From assembly GCA_036488585.1 (NCBI GenBank), contig DASXHH010000004.1, forward strand, positions 65,254 to 129,253: a DNA stretch of 64,000 bases. Reading direction: 5' to 3'. The stretch's first letter is position 1. The number at the start of each line of letters is the position of its first letter. Source of the DNA: Candidatus Saccharimonadia bacterium (GTDB taxonomy: Bacteria; Patescibacteriota; Saccharimonadia; UBA4664). The translations under genes and the position numbers were made by a program. Shown here piece after piece: positions 8,014-17,626 of the stretch. The notes under the pieces are model-generated. The model ran no database searches, was not told the DNA's origin, and saw nothing but the letters and a program-made list of their open reading frames with translations.

Positions 8014-10227
8014 TTATGAATCTTGGTCAATTTTCTCAATGGGAGCGAAGGAGAGGCTGAGGCGCTTGGTGCCGAGACCCTGAAAGGTGGCCGAAACCTC
8101 GTCGCCGTTCACTTGGGCCACGATGCCCTCGCCAAATTTGGTGTGTTTGATGCGATCGCCGGGCTGCAGATCAAGGCCGAGCATACGCTCACGATGGATG
8201 GCGGCGCCGGTTTCGGTGGTAGGCAGGCCGGCAAGGGTGGGTGCGGACCAACTGGCGGCGCCAGCGCCGTGGCCGCCGGCTGCGCGGTTGTGCACGCCCC
8301 ATTCGCTGCCTTCGGCTTGGAGTTCGGCTGGGATTTCGAGAATGAAACGGCTGGGCGGGTTGTGGTTGGTGGAGCCGTAGAGCAGGCGCGAGTTGGCGTA
8401 GAGCAAGAAGAGACGCTCACGGGCGCGGGTCATGCCGACGTAGCAGAGGCGGCGCTCCTCTTCCATTTGTTCGCCGTCGAACAGGGAGCGGGAGTGCGGG
8501 AAGATCCCCTCTTCCATGCCGGGAATGAAGACTACTGGGAATTCCAGGCCCTTGGCGGCATGGAGGGTCATGAGGGTGACAGCGTCGGTGGACTCGGAGT
8601 AGTTGTCGACGTCGGAGATGAGGGCGATTTCTTCTAGGAAGGCCTCGAGGTTGAGCTCGTTGTAAGATTCGGCCACGGAGAGGAGCTCTTTAACGTTTTC
8701 GATGCGGTCAGCAGCCTGGATAGAATTATCGTCGAGGAAGGTGAGGTAGCCGGAACGCTTGAGGACCAGGTCGAGGAGCGGGCCTACGGGGAGCTTTTTG
8801 GCCTCATTACGCAAACCGTCGATGAGGAGCGCAAAGTTGCGCAGGGCGTTAACGGCGCGGGTCTGGAGGCCGGGGCAATCCTCGCAGCGGCGGAGGGCGT
8901 CCATGAGGCTGAGGCCCTGCTGCAGGCGCCAAGATTCAAGGCGAGCGAGCGTGACGTCGCCGAGGCCGCGCGCCGGCAGGTTGATGATGCGGCCAAAGCT
9001 GACCAGGTCGTCGGGCTGGTAGACGAAGCGCAGATATCCAAGTGCGTCCTTAATTTCTTTGCGCTCGTAGAAGCGGGTGCCGCCGACGATTTTGTACGGC
9101 AAGTTGTAGCGCAGGAACGATTCTTCGAGTGAGCGGGACTGGGCATTGGTGCGGTAAAGGACAGCAAAATCGTAGAGGCTGCGACCCTCGGTGCGCCGCA
9201 GCTCCTCGATTTGTCGCACGATGGTTTCGGCTTCCTGGATTTCGTTATAGACGTTAACCACTGCGATGCCGGCCCCATCCCCGGCCTCGGTCCAGAGTTT
9301 TTTGTCGGAACGGACACGGTTTTTGGTGATGACGGCATGGGCGGCGTCGAGGATGCGCTTGGTGGAACGATAATTTTGCTCAAGTTTAACGACGGTAGCT
9401 TCAGGATAATCCTTTTCGAAGTCGAGGATGTTTTGGAAGTTGGCACCGCGCCAGGAGTAAATGGACTGCCAGTCGTCGCCAACCACGCAGATGTTGTGAT
9501 GTCCGGCGCTTAGCAGTTTGGTGATTTGATATTGAGCGTGATTGGTGTCCTGATACTCGTCGACCATGATGTACTGGAATTGCTGCTGGTATTTGGCCAG
9601 GATTTCGGGGTAGTTGAGGAGCATCTTAACCGTGCGGAAAATCAGGTCGTCGAAATCGAGGGCACCAGCATCTTTCAGAATGCCCTGGTAGATCGGGTAG
9701 ACTTTGGCGGCCGCAACCTGGGCCTTGCCGGTGGCGAGCTTGGTGTACTGCGTGTGGTCGATGAGCTCGTTTTTGGCGCTGGAGATGAGGCCGTGAATGA
9801 GGCCGGGGGTGAGCTGTTTTTCGTCGATACCTACCTGGCGCATGGCTCGCTTGATGGCGGCTTGGGAGTCGGCAGAGTCGAAGATTAGAAAGTTTGAGGC
9901 CAGGCCGATTTCGGTAGCTTCGCGGCGTAGCAGGCGAAGGCAGATGGAGTGGAAGGTGCCAATGAATGGAAAGTAGCTGCGGTTATTTGTATCGATGTCA
10001 AGCAACTTAAGCACGCGACCGCGCATCTCGGCGGCAGCCTTATTGGTGAAGGTGACGGCCAAGATATTTACTGGACGCACGTGTTGCTCTGCCACCAGGT
10101 AGGCGACACGGTGCGTGAGGGCCTTGGTTTTGCCCGAACCGGCGCCAGCCAGAATCAACACGGGTCCCGAGGTTGTCTCGGCGGCCAGGCGCTGTTGATC
10201 ATTAAGATCGGAGAGAAGGGGTGTCAC
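8014..10227 (-). CDS. uvrD: ATP-dependent DNA helicase UvrD/PcrA family
   Basis: 737 aa with Walker A GAGSGKT, DEYQDTN (motif II), QNYRST and a C-terminal UvrD_C region. Superfamily 1 helicase. Confidence 0.9.
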   Translation of the reverse strand: MTPLLSDLNDQQRLAAETTSGPVLILAGAGSGKTKALTHRVAYLVAEQHVRPVNILAVTFTNKAAAEMRGRVLKLLDIDTNNRSYFPFIGTFHSICLRLLRREATEIGLASNFLIFDSADSQAAIKRAMRQVGIDEKQLTPGLIHGLISSAKNELIDHTQYTKLATGKAQVAAAKVYPIYQGILKDAGALDFDDLIFRTVKMLLNYPEILAKYQQQFQYIMVDEYQDTNHAQYQITKLLSAGHHNICVVGDDWQSIYSWRGANFQNILDFEKDYPEATVVKLEQNYRSTKRILDAAHAVITKNRVRSDKKLWTEAGDGAGIAVVNVYNEIQEAETIVRQIEELRRTEGRSLYDFAVLYRTNAQSRSLEESFLRYNLPYKIVGGTRFYERKEIKDALGYLRFVYQPDDLVSFGRIINLPARGLGDVTLARLESWRLQQGLSLMDALRRCEDCPGLQTRAVNALRNFALLIDGLRNEAKKLPVGPLLDLVLKRSGYLTFLDDNSIQAADRIENVKELLSVAESYNELNLEAFLEEIALISDVDNYSESTDAVTLMTLHAAKGLEFPVVFIPGMEEGIFPHSRSLFDGEQMEEERRLCYVGMTRARERLFLLYANSRLLYGSTNHNPPSRFILEIPAELQAEGSEWGVHNRAAGGHGAGAASWSAPTLAGLPTTETGAAIHRERMLGLDLQPGDRIKHTKFGEGIVAQVNGDEVSATFQGLGTKRLSLSFAPIEKIDQDS

Positions 10228-10293
10228 TATCTGATTTTAGCGCACCGAACGGAGCCGAACTAGGTTGACATTAGTGGCAGTATATTGCTTGTG

Positions 10294-12279
10294 CTATTTA
10301 ACGTCGAGGCAGTACGGGGTAGGGCTGGTTTCAAGCTGAGTGTAGAGCGCGACGTAATGAGTGAGCGTACGACCGGGCGTAATGGCAGCTGCAGTGCACC
10401 GGCCGCCGGCCTTGTACTGAATTTGACCGAGTGCAGTCGGGGTGGTAGTACCAACCGTGTACGGCTGGCCGGTGGTGGGATCACTAGCGGCGATGGTGAC
10501 ATTCGGGGGAACCACAGGGTAGTAGCCGTTTTGCATGTGGGTTTTAAAAGCGGCGGCGAACAGGGCTAGGTTGCTTTGACGCTGAGAATCGCGGGCGATA
10601 GCTCCAGACTGAGCAGGTGACGGCGACGGACTAAGGCTGGGCGTAGGGGTAACGGGAGTGGCGGCGGGGTCGGTGTTTTCGGGGATATTGGAAGCCTGAG
10701 TAGATTGGCCGAGGACGGACTTATTGCTGGCCGCAGTCTTGGGCTGGAGGAGGAACAGGTATACCATGGCTGCGATTACGCCCACTACTAGCACACCGAT
10801 GATCATGAACACCAACTTGCTAGAGTTACGCGGATGGGTTTCGGGCTGAAGCGGGGCCTTGCCGGCTTGCGGTGCGTTGCTGGGAACTGGGCTCCCGGAA
10901 GCGGGTGCGCCTGGAGTGGGCTGGCCGGGGGCGCCTGTGGGAACTGGAGCAGGTGCTGCATCCGCCGGAGCAGGTGTGGTTGGAGCCATGTCAGTCGAGG
11001 CGGGCGATGCCGAAGGGTCGGTCGGGGGTGCGTCAGTTGAAACGGGAGCAGAAGCCGGGGCATCGGTCGATGGAGCGGCAGAGGTGTCAGACGGCTGGGT
11101 GTCCTGAGGGGATTGAGTGGCATCGGGCTGATCGCCAGCTGGGGCATCCTCTGGTGTCGACGGCATGGTGGCCGCATCCGGAGTGACGCGGGAAGAGACA
11201 TCACCCTCGGCCGACTTGTCATCAGCAGGGCCGTCATCGGATGGTTCGTCCTCGGACTCGGAATTGCTAGCTTCCGGTTGGCTTACGGATTCGGTCGAAT
11301 CGGAAGCGTGCTCGGAGGACGATTCGGTAGGTTCAGGAGTGCTGTTGGGCTGGGAGACACTACCAGATTCTGGTGCAGATTCGGTTACAGACTCGACAGA
11401 CGGGTCGGGCGAAGTGCTCGGCGGCGGATCGGTGGGCAGGTCGTCCGCCTTGGCATCGTCGGACGGGTGCTCGATCAGGTCCTTTTCTACTTGCTCCAAA
11501 GTTTTGGGCATATCCGGTTGTTCCTGCGCGGCTGCATCCGTTTTGACCTCGGAATCCTTGGAATTCTCATCAACGGTATCTTTATCATCGATTGCTTTTG
11601 CGCCAGAGTTAGGTCGATCCGAGTCTTCGTCTTTCGAGTCTTCGTCTTTCGAGTCTTCGTCCTTAGATTCCCCGTCTTGCTTCTTTTTGGACGGCTTGTG
11701 CTTCTTGTGGACATCAGAGGCTGTGACGGGTGCAAGATGGGTGATAGACGGAGACTTCTCTTGATCATCCTGAGGCTGCTTGTCTTCAGAAGGTTGAGTG
11801 TTGTTGTCGGCTTCGGGCTCGATTTCCGGCTTGGCTTCTGCCTCGGCCTTGGCAGAGTCGACTGAAGGGGATTCGGGGCTGGAAGTACTGGAATCCTTGG
11901 ATTCGGCGCCCTCCGTATTGCCAGATGAGGCCTTCTCCACCTCGGCCACCGCTTTTTCCACCGCATTCAAATCAGCGTCGGAAGGCACAGCCGATACCGC
12001 ATCCGGCTTATCCGAATCGGAAGATTCGGAATTATCGCTTGCAGCGTCGGCTACAACTGGCTCTGGAGTCGAGGGTTGATCGGTAGTACCAGCAGTAACT
12101 GGTGTTGAGGCTGCGGATTCGGTCTTGGGAGGATCTGAGCTCGGGATATTGGCATGATCAGTAGTGATAGTAGCCGAGGAGGCGGGACCAGAGCTATCTG
12201 GCACGATGTTGCCGCAAGAGACGCAAAGCCACCCTGCGCGTGAGCGCACCATATCGTTATTACAGTTGGGGCATTTCAT
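10294..12279 (-). CDS. zinc-ribbon / acidic low-complexity membrane protein
   Basis: N-terminal CPNC...CVSCG zinc ribbon, ~450 aa Asp/Glu/Ser/Pro/Thr-rich disordered region, one TM helix (LVFMIIGVLVVGVIAAMVYLFLL) and a ~140-aa C-terminal extracytoplasmic domain. Antisense ORFs in the track here are artefacts of low complexity. Confidence 0.6.
   Translation of the reverse strand: MKCPNCNNDMVRSRAGWLCVSCGNIVPDSSGPASSATITTDHANIPSSDPPKTESAASTPVTAGTTDQPSTPEPVVADAASDNSESSDSDKPDAVSAVPSDADLNAVEKAVAEVEKASSGNTEGAESKDSSTSSPESPSVDSAKAEAEAKPEIEPEADNNTQPSEDKQPQDDQEKSPSITHLAPVTASDVHKKHKPSKKKQDGESKDEDSKDEDSKDEDSDRPNSGAKAIDDKDTVDENSKDSEVKTDAAAQEQPDMPKTLEQVEKDLIEHPSDDAKADDLPTDPPPSTSPDPSVESVTESAPESGSVSQPNSTPEPTESSSEHASDSTESVSQPEASNSESEDEPSDDGPADDKSAEGDVSSRVTPDAATMPSTPEDAPAGDQPDATQSPQDTQPSDTSAAPSTDAPASAPVSTDAPPTDPSASPASTDMAPTTPAPADAAPAPVPTGAPGQPTPGAPASGSPVPSNAPQAGKAPLQPETHPRNSSKLVFMIIGVLVVGVIAAMVYLFLLQPKTAASNKSVLGQSTQASNIPENTDPAATPVTPTPSLSPSPSPAQSGAIARDSQRQSNLALFAAAFKTHMQNGYYPVVPPNVTIAASDPTTGQPYTVGTTTPTALGQIQYKAGGRCTAAAITPGRTLTHYVALYTQLETSPTPYCLDVK
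11621..11665. repeat. 15-bp tandem repeat x3 (gagtcttcgtctttc) inside the acidic protein gene, encoding (DEDSK)n
   Basis: Three consecutive near-identical 15-mers are visible directly in the sequence. They correspond to KDEDSKDEDSKDEDS in the protein. Confidence 0.8.
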
Positions 12280-12308
12280 AGCACCAGCATAACATATTGT
12301 GCTTACGC

Positions 12309-12740
12309 TTAGTATTCACTGGAAATTTCGAGCCGATCGATACCATTTTCTTCGAGTTCTTCACGATAACGCTCTTCGATCGGTCGCAGCTCTAACAAGT
12401 CGTCGTCGCGATTGATTTCGTCGGCGCCAACTCCGCGCTGGCGAGCCAAGTCACGTTGAGCTAAGCGCTCTGTAAGCTCATCCCAGAACACATGGTCGTC
12501 GTAGTCCAAAATATATTTGTCGTAAACCCCTTCGACCCATTCGGAGTCCAGATAGTACTCGCCGGTTTCTTCATCTTTGCTGATGGTGCCTGGGGGTGCC
12601 GCGGCCAGGACGCGCTGGATAACTATTGAGGCGGCCTCGTCTTGGAATTCGGTGTCGTGGTGGGCGTTGATTACCCATTCACCCAGGTAGATGAGCTCAA
12701 GGAGCTTGGCGTATTCCTCGGGGCTGAGTTCAATGTTCAT
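12309..12740 (-). CDS. hypothetical acidic protein (~143 aa)
   Basis: ORF starting MNIELSPEEYAKLLELIYLGEWV... It is highly acidic and has no recognisable domain. Confidence 0.5.
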   Translation of the reverse strand: MNIELSPEEYAKLLELIYLGEWVINAHHDTEFQDEAASIVIQRVLAAAPPGTISKDEETGEYYLDSEWVEGVYDKYILDYDDHVFWDELTERLAQRDLARQRGVGADEINRDDDLLELRPIEERYREELEENGIDRLEISSEY

Positions 12741-12908
12741 AGAATAGTGGGGCCTCTTAGCAGACAATGGGCACATTCTAGCGGATTTGGCGACAGGATG
12801 CGACTAACTAGGCGATACCGATGCTTCTGGACGCACCAGGAAGCAAACGGTCATGAGGTATCCCCTTATTAAATGATGATCCTGATGTTCGCTTTTGTTT
12901 GGTATTTA

Positions 12909-13691
12909 TCAAACGGTGTGTTGGTCTAGCTCTTGCGCCACCTTCACCATCCTGGCGAAGGACTCGGGGTTGAGACTGGCGGTGCCGGGGAGGAGGCCAT
13001 CGACATAGTCCATCTCGAGGTAGGCTCGAGCGTTCTCGTGGTTGGAGCTGCCGCCATAAAGTAGGCGCACTCCGGCCGAGCCCTCCTCGCCGTAGAGTTC
13101 CTCTAGGGTGTGGCGGATGGCGCGGTAGGCAAATCGAATGTCGTCGGGGGTAGCAGGCTTGGGCACTTTGCCGTCGTGGTGGTTAATGGCCCAAACCGGC
13201 TCGTAGGCTATCACGATGCCTGAGACATCGGCGGCGGTGAGCATGGCGAGGTCGGCAGTGAGCTGGTCGACCACAATCTTCTCGGCCAAACCATGCTGGC
13301 GGTCGTCGAGATTTTCGCCGATGCAAAGAATGGGCGTGAGGCCGTTGCGGACGGCGGCGGCCAGCTTGTTAGCGATGAGCTTATCGGTCTCGCCCATGGC
13401 TCGGCGCTCGGAGTGGCCGACGATCACATAGTTGACGAGCCCTTTGAGCATGCTGGCACTGATTTCGCCGGTGTAGGGACCTTCGTCTAGGTGGTGGAGG
13501 TTCTGGGCACCTAGCTTAAGTTTCTTATGGTCGAGATCCCTAGCTAATGGCGCGAGATCGATGAACGGGGGGCAAATTACCACTTCCACGCCCGGGTGAG
13601 GCTCGATCTTTTGCTCAATGCGCTTAACAAGCACACTGGCCTCGTGTGGGCCCAAATTCATTTTCCAGTTACCGGCAATTAGGCGAGCCAT
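12909..13691 (-). CDS. tpiA: triosephosphate isomerase
   Basis: MARLIAGNWKMN start with AYEPVWAI and GGSxN motifs. Located downstream of pgk. Confidence 0.9.
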   Translation of the reverse strand: MARLIAGNWKMNLGPHEASVLVKRIEQKIEPHPGVEVVICPPFIDLAPLARDLDHKKLKLGAQNLHHLDEGPYTGEISASMLKGLVNYVIVGHSERRAMGETDKLIANKLAAAVRNGLTPILCIGENLDDRQHGLAEKIVVDQLTADLAMLTAADVSGIVIAYEPVWAINHHDGKVPKPATPDDIRFAYRAIRHTLEELYGEEGSAGVRLLYGGSSNHENARAYLEMDYVDGLLPGTASLNPESFARMVKVAQELDQHTV

Positions 13692-13727
13692 AAATCCCTC
13701 TTTTCAGCACAATTATACTACTAACAC

Positions 13728-14930
13728 TTATTTGTCTTGCAGCGCCTCGACACAGGCCAGTCCCTTGCCGCTCATGAGTTCGAGGCTGGCGCCGCCGCCG
13801 GTGGAGACCCAGGTGAATTTGTCGTGCAGGCCCTCCGAGTCTACAAAACTGGCCGTGTCACCACCGCCGATGATGGCGGTAGCGTGGGACTCGATGATGG
13901 CATTCGCCATGGCCATGGAACCGGCTCGGAATTCGGGCACTTCGGTGATGCCGAGCGGCCCGTTCCAAATGACGGTGGCTTGGTCGTCAACGTCTAAGAA
14001 TTGCTCGATTGTATCGAGTAGCGTTTGGCCGTAGGAGTCGGCGGCATCAACGATGTAATCGAGAGGGGCGACGTCCTCGAGATCGACAGTGCGCACGTTT
14101 TTGGGACCTTCCAGGCTTTCGGATACCACGACCTGCTCGGGGATGATCATCTCAGTATTCTCTTTTTTGGCGATGGCTAGAAGTTTTTTCACCGCCGGCT
14201 CCTGGTCACGTTCGGTCACCGATTTGCCGATGTCATGACCGTAAGCCAAAGCGAAGGTGTTGGCGATGGGACCAGTGAGCAGCATGGCGTCGACTTTGGG
14301 GATGAGGTTGGTAAGGATCTCGAGCTTGGTGGAAACTTTGGCGCCGCCAATAACGGCGACGAGCGGGCGCTTGGGATGCTCGATGGCGCCGGAGATATAA
14401 TCGACCTCCTTCTCCACTAGCAGTCCGGCTACACCGGGCAGAATATGGGCCACACCCTCGGTAGAGGCGTGCGGGCGGTAGGAGGCGAAGGCGTCGTACA
14501 CATAGATATCGGCGCCCGAGTCGTGAGCAAGTTGTTTGGCGAAAGTGGGATCGTTCTTCTCCTCCTCGGGATGAAAGCGAACGTTTTCGAGGCAGAGCAG
14601 TTCTCCGGGCTGAAGGTCTTTTACCGCTTGAACGACTTCGGCGCCAACACAATCGCCCACGAATTTCACCGGGCGCTTTAGCACCTCGGCGGCCTTCTTG
14701 GCCACCGGTTCGAGGCTAAATTCGGGTACGGGCTTACCGTCTGGCCGGCCGAGGTGGCTGGTGATAACAATGCGGCAATCGCGCTCCCAGAGGTACTGTA
14801 GCGTGTCACGGGTGGCTTCGATGCGGAAGGAGTCGGTAACTTTGCCGTTTTTGACCGGCACGTTCCAGTCTAAGCGTGCAAAAATGGTTTTTCCCTGAAC
14901 GTCGATATCGCGAATGGTCTTTTTTGTCAT
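13728..14930 (-). CDS. pgk: phosphoglycerate kinase
   Basis: 400 aa with RxDxNVP N-terminus, SHLGRP and GGGA/GGGDT motifs. Confidence 0.9.
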   Translation of the reverse strand: MTKKTIRDIDVQGKTIFARLDWNVPVKNGKVTDSFRIEATRDTLQYLWERDCRIVITSHLGRPDGKPVPEFSLEPVAKKAAEVLKRPVKFVGDCVGAEVVQAVKDLQPGELLCLENVRFHPEEEKNDPTFAKQLAHDSGADIYVYDAFASYRPHASTEGVAHILPGVAGLLVEKEVDYISGAIEHPKRPLVAVIGGAKVSTKLEILTNLIPKVDAMLLTGPIANTFALAYGHDIGKSVTERDQEPAVKKLLAIAKKENTEMIIPEQVVVSESLEGPKNVRTVDLEDVAPLDYIVDAADSYGQTLLDTIEQFLDVDDQATVIWNGPLGITEVPEFRAGSMAMANAIIESHATAIIGGGDTASFVDSEGLHDKFTWVSTGGGASLELMSGKGLACVEALQDK

Positions 14931-15059
14931 ACCTGAAGTTTATATTCGCTGCTATCGCAATGGAAGGACTTCCGAGGGAGGCGCGGGCATGATTCTCGCC
15001 TTTGGTGACTAGGGCATGGCGAGATAGTGGTGCCGGTGATGTATTCGGTTTATTTTGGC

Positions 15060-16208
15060 TCAAGCATTTCGGCGCTTGAGGCCGGCGATGGCCAAGAGTG
15101 TGAACACTACGGTGAACACCGCGAGTATGGTCACATTGAGCCAGACTCGGTCAACTCCCCAGCCGCGCAACATAACATCACGCAGCGCATCTATGCTCCA
15201 CGTAGGCGGGATGAGGTAGCAGAATGGGCGCAGCCAGCCGGGAAGGCTGGCGACCGGTACGAAGATCCCAGATAGCAGGAACACCGGGAAAATAATGAAC
15301 GGAATAAACTGGATAGCCTGGCCCTCGCGCTGAGCAGCAGCCGATACGAGTATGCCGATGGCCTGGGCAGTAACTGCTGTGAGCACGACAAGCAGCGCGG
15401 CGACCCACAGCGGCCCGAGTACCAGGATGTGGTACACCCAGATTGCCACAGCCAGCACCAGAAAGCCCTGGACTGCGGCAATCAGGCCAAATGCTAACTC
15501 GTAGCCCAGTACAACCTCGGCTTCGGTTGCGGGCGACACGCGCAGGCGATTGAGAGTGCCGCTGGTGCGTTCACTGACAAAGGCCAGTAACGTGAGCAAT
15601 GTAGTAAACAGCATGACGGCAAAGGCCATGATTCCGGGTACAAAGTAGTCGATATAACGAGCATCTTTGGCTTTCGAAAAGGCATAACTAAGGTCGAATG
15701 CGATAGGGCTCTTGGCGCCTTGGTCTTGTGCAAGTTTAAGGGTGGCCGAGGCAAGTGATGGTATGACTACGGCTGAGAGTTGCTGATTAGTGGTATCCAA
15801 GTAAACCTGGGCGTGAGCGCCCTTGGGTGGCTGTGGAACGGCTACAGGTTTGCCGGCGACAAGTCTGACGGAGACCGATGGGCTCGACTCGGCGGTGAAA
15901 TCGGGGCCGAAGATCACGGCGCCAACCGCCTTACCGTCCCGAACTTGCTGACGGGCCCAATCAGCGTCGGACGAGGAGGTGAGCTGGAGCGTATCATGAT
16001 CGATCTTATCCACCAGCTTAGTGGCGGACCCGCCCTTATCTTGGTTGACGATGATGACCGGGATGTGCTTGGGTGAATTACCAAAGGCGAAGCCAAAGAT
16101 CAACATAGCCATAACGGGTGCGAACAGCATGAGAGCGAGCGAGCGCCGGTCGTGCTTGAGGGTGAGGAACTGTTTGCGGGCGATGGCCGTGACGTGCGCG
16201 ACTTTCAC
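15060..16208 (-). CDS. ABC-2 type transporter permease
   Basis: 382 aa with an N-terminal TM, a large extracytoplasmic loop and a 5-TM ABC-2 core. Overlaps the upstream ATPase gene by 4 bp. Confidence 0.8.
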   Translation of the reverse strand: MKVAHVTAIARKQFLTLKHDRRSLALMLFAPVMAMLIFGFAFGNSPKHIPVIIVNQDKGGSATKLVDKIDHDTLQLTSSSDADWARQQVRDGKAVGAVIFGPDFTAESSPSVSVRLVAGKPVAVPQPPKGAHAQVYLDTTNQQLSAVVIPSLASATLKLAQDQGAKSPIAFDLSYAFSKAKDARYIDYFVPGIMAFAVMLFTTLLTLLAFVSERTSGTLNRLRVSPATEAEVVLGYELAFGLIAAVQGFLVLAVAIWVYHILVLGPLWVAALLVVLTAVTAQAIGILVSAAAQREGQAIQFIPFIIFPVFLLSGIFVPVASLPGWLRPFCYLIPPTWSIDALRDVMLRGWGVDRVWLNVTILAVFTVVFTLLAIAGLKRRNA

Positions 16209-16951
16209 TTCGCCACCTCCTTTCGACCCGCTAGCTTGAGAAAGGCGTCTTCCAAGGATTTGGTGCCTGTCTTGCGGATAAGTTCGGCTGGCGCGTCTTC
16301 GGCGATGAGCCGACCGTGGTTTACTAGACCGACTCTCTCACAACGCATGGCTTCATCCATATAATGCGTGGTAATGAGGATGGTGGTGCCTTCGGCCTGC
16401 ATACTGCGGAAGCGATCCCAGAAGGTGGCGCGCAGCTCAGGATCGACACCAACAGTGGGCTCGTCCAAAATTAATAGCTTGGGCTTGGGCAAGAGGGCGG
16501 CGGCCAGCGACGCCCGGTGCTGCATGCCTCCTGATAGCTCGGTTATCACCTTGTCGGCCCAGTCGGTGAGATTGACGAATTCCAGTAACTCCTTGATGCG
16601 AGCCTTCAGGTATTTCTTGTCCATGTCGTACAGGCGCCCGAAGAGCTCCAGATTTTCCCGAACGGTCAGGTCAAGGTACAGGGCGGTTTCCTGAGGCATG
16701 TATCCGACGTGTGACCGCACGGCGGGATCGTTTGGCTGTAAGCCCAGCACACTCACCTGACCCCCACCCGCGCTAACCAGGCCCGTCATTACCCGAATAC
16801 TGGTGGTCTTGCCGGCGCCGTTTGGCCCGATCAGACCATATAGTTCGCCTCGTTTGATAGAAAACGTCAGGCCATCCAAGGCCCGAAAGGTTTTGTTGAA
16901 AGTTTTTGTAACGTCCCGGAAAACGACAGCCTGCGAAGCCTCAGGCTCCAT
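16205..16951 (-). CDS. ABC transporter ATP-binding protein
   Basis: Walker A GPNGAGKTT, signature LSGGMQHR, and Walker B LLILDEPT. Confidence 0.85.
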   Translation of the reverse strand: MEPEASQAVVFRDVTKTFNKTFRALDGLTFSIKRGELYGLIGPNGAGKTTSIRVMTGLVSAGGGQVSVLGLQPNDPAVRSHVGYMPQETALYLDLTVRENLELFGRLYDMDKKYLKARIKELLEFVNLTDWADKVITELSGGMQHRASLAAALLPKPKLLILDEPTVGVDPELRATFWDRFRSMQAEGTTILITTHYMDEAMRCERVGLVNHGRLIAEDAPAELIRKTGTKSLEDAFLKLAGRKEVAK

Positions 16952-16972
16952 GCACCCTCCTGCAATTCATTT

Positions 16973-16988
16973 TTCAACGCCTGTTGAA
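16973..16988. promoter_or_regulatory. perfect inverted repeat TTCAAC-N4-GTTGAA in the tetR/ABC divergent intergenic region (candidate TetR operator) next to a TATAAT box
   Basis: Palindrome and TATAAT (16994-16999) read directly from the sequence. It sits between the divergently transcribed TetR gene and the ABC operon. Confidence 0.45.
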
Positions 16989-17016
16989 TTTCTTATCTGA
17001 ACTATAATGTTGGCAC

Positions 17017-17616
17017 ATGAGCGAAGTCAATAGCATAAGCGGTAAGAGTTTAGGACGACGGCCTGGGCCTGGTGACGCCAAGGAGGCAATCGTTGAGGCG
17101 GCCCGGGTACAGTTCGCCAAAAATGGTTACGACCGCACTTCTATGCGCCAGGTAGCGGCGGAGGCATCCGTGGACCCGTCTTTGATAGTCCATTACTTTG
17201 GCACCAAGCAGCGGCTGTTTATAGAGTCGATGTTGCCGCTGTTCGAGGCACCCAAACTTCTGCCAGTTGCATTGGCGGGCGACAAGGGCACAATCGGTCT
17301 GCGCCTGGCGACGCTGTTTATCAAGATGACTTCAGACATGTCGGTACAGAAGTTGATGCTGGGGGTGTTCCGGTCGGTAAGTTCTGAAGAAGAAGCCTCC
17401 AAGATGGCGCGGAATTTTGTGCAGGACGGGATCATGGATCTGGTGGAGCAGTATTTGCCAGGTCCCAACCGAAAGCTGCAAGCCAATATTTTGGGAGGTC
17501 AAATGGTGGGATTATTCGTAGCCAGATACATAATTAAAGTCGAGCCGTTGGTGAGCGCGAGCCCAGACGAGCTGATCGAGTATCTAGCGCCCCGTTTACA
17601 GGCACATTTCGACTAA
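17017..17616 (+). CDS. TetR/AcrR family transcriptional regulator
   Basis: N-terminal HTH (AARVQFAKNGYDRTSMRQVAAEASVDPSLIVHYF) and a C-terminal ligand-binding helical domain. Confidence 0.85.
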   Translation: MSEVNSISGKSLGRRPGPGDAKEAIVEAARVQFAKNGYDRTSMRQVAAEASVDPSLIVHYFGTKQRLFIESMLPLFEAPKLLPVALAGDKGTIGLRLATLFIKMTSDMSVQKLMLGVFRSVSSEEEASKMARNFVQDGIMDLVEQYLPGPNRKLQANILGGQMVGLFVARYIIKVEPLVSASPDELIEYLAPRLQAHFD

Positions 17617-17626
17617 GCTGACGGTT

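Noticed and set aside
10803-11966. Multiple 60-250-aa ORFs on both strands inside 10.8-12.0 kb
   Set aside because: All overlap the single long acidic low-complexity gene. Repetitive GA/TC-rich DNA generates spurious open frames in every phase.
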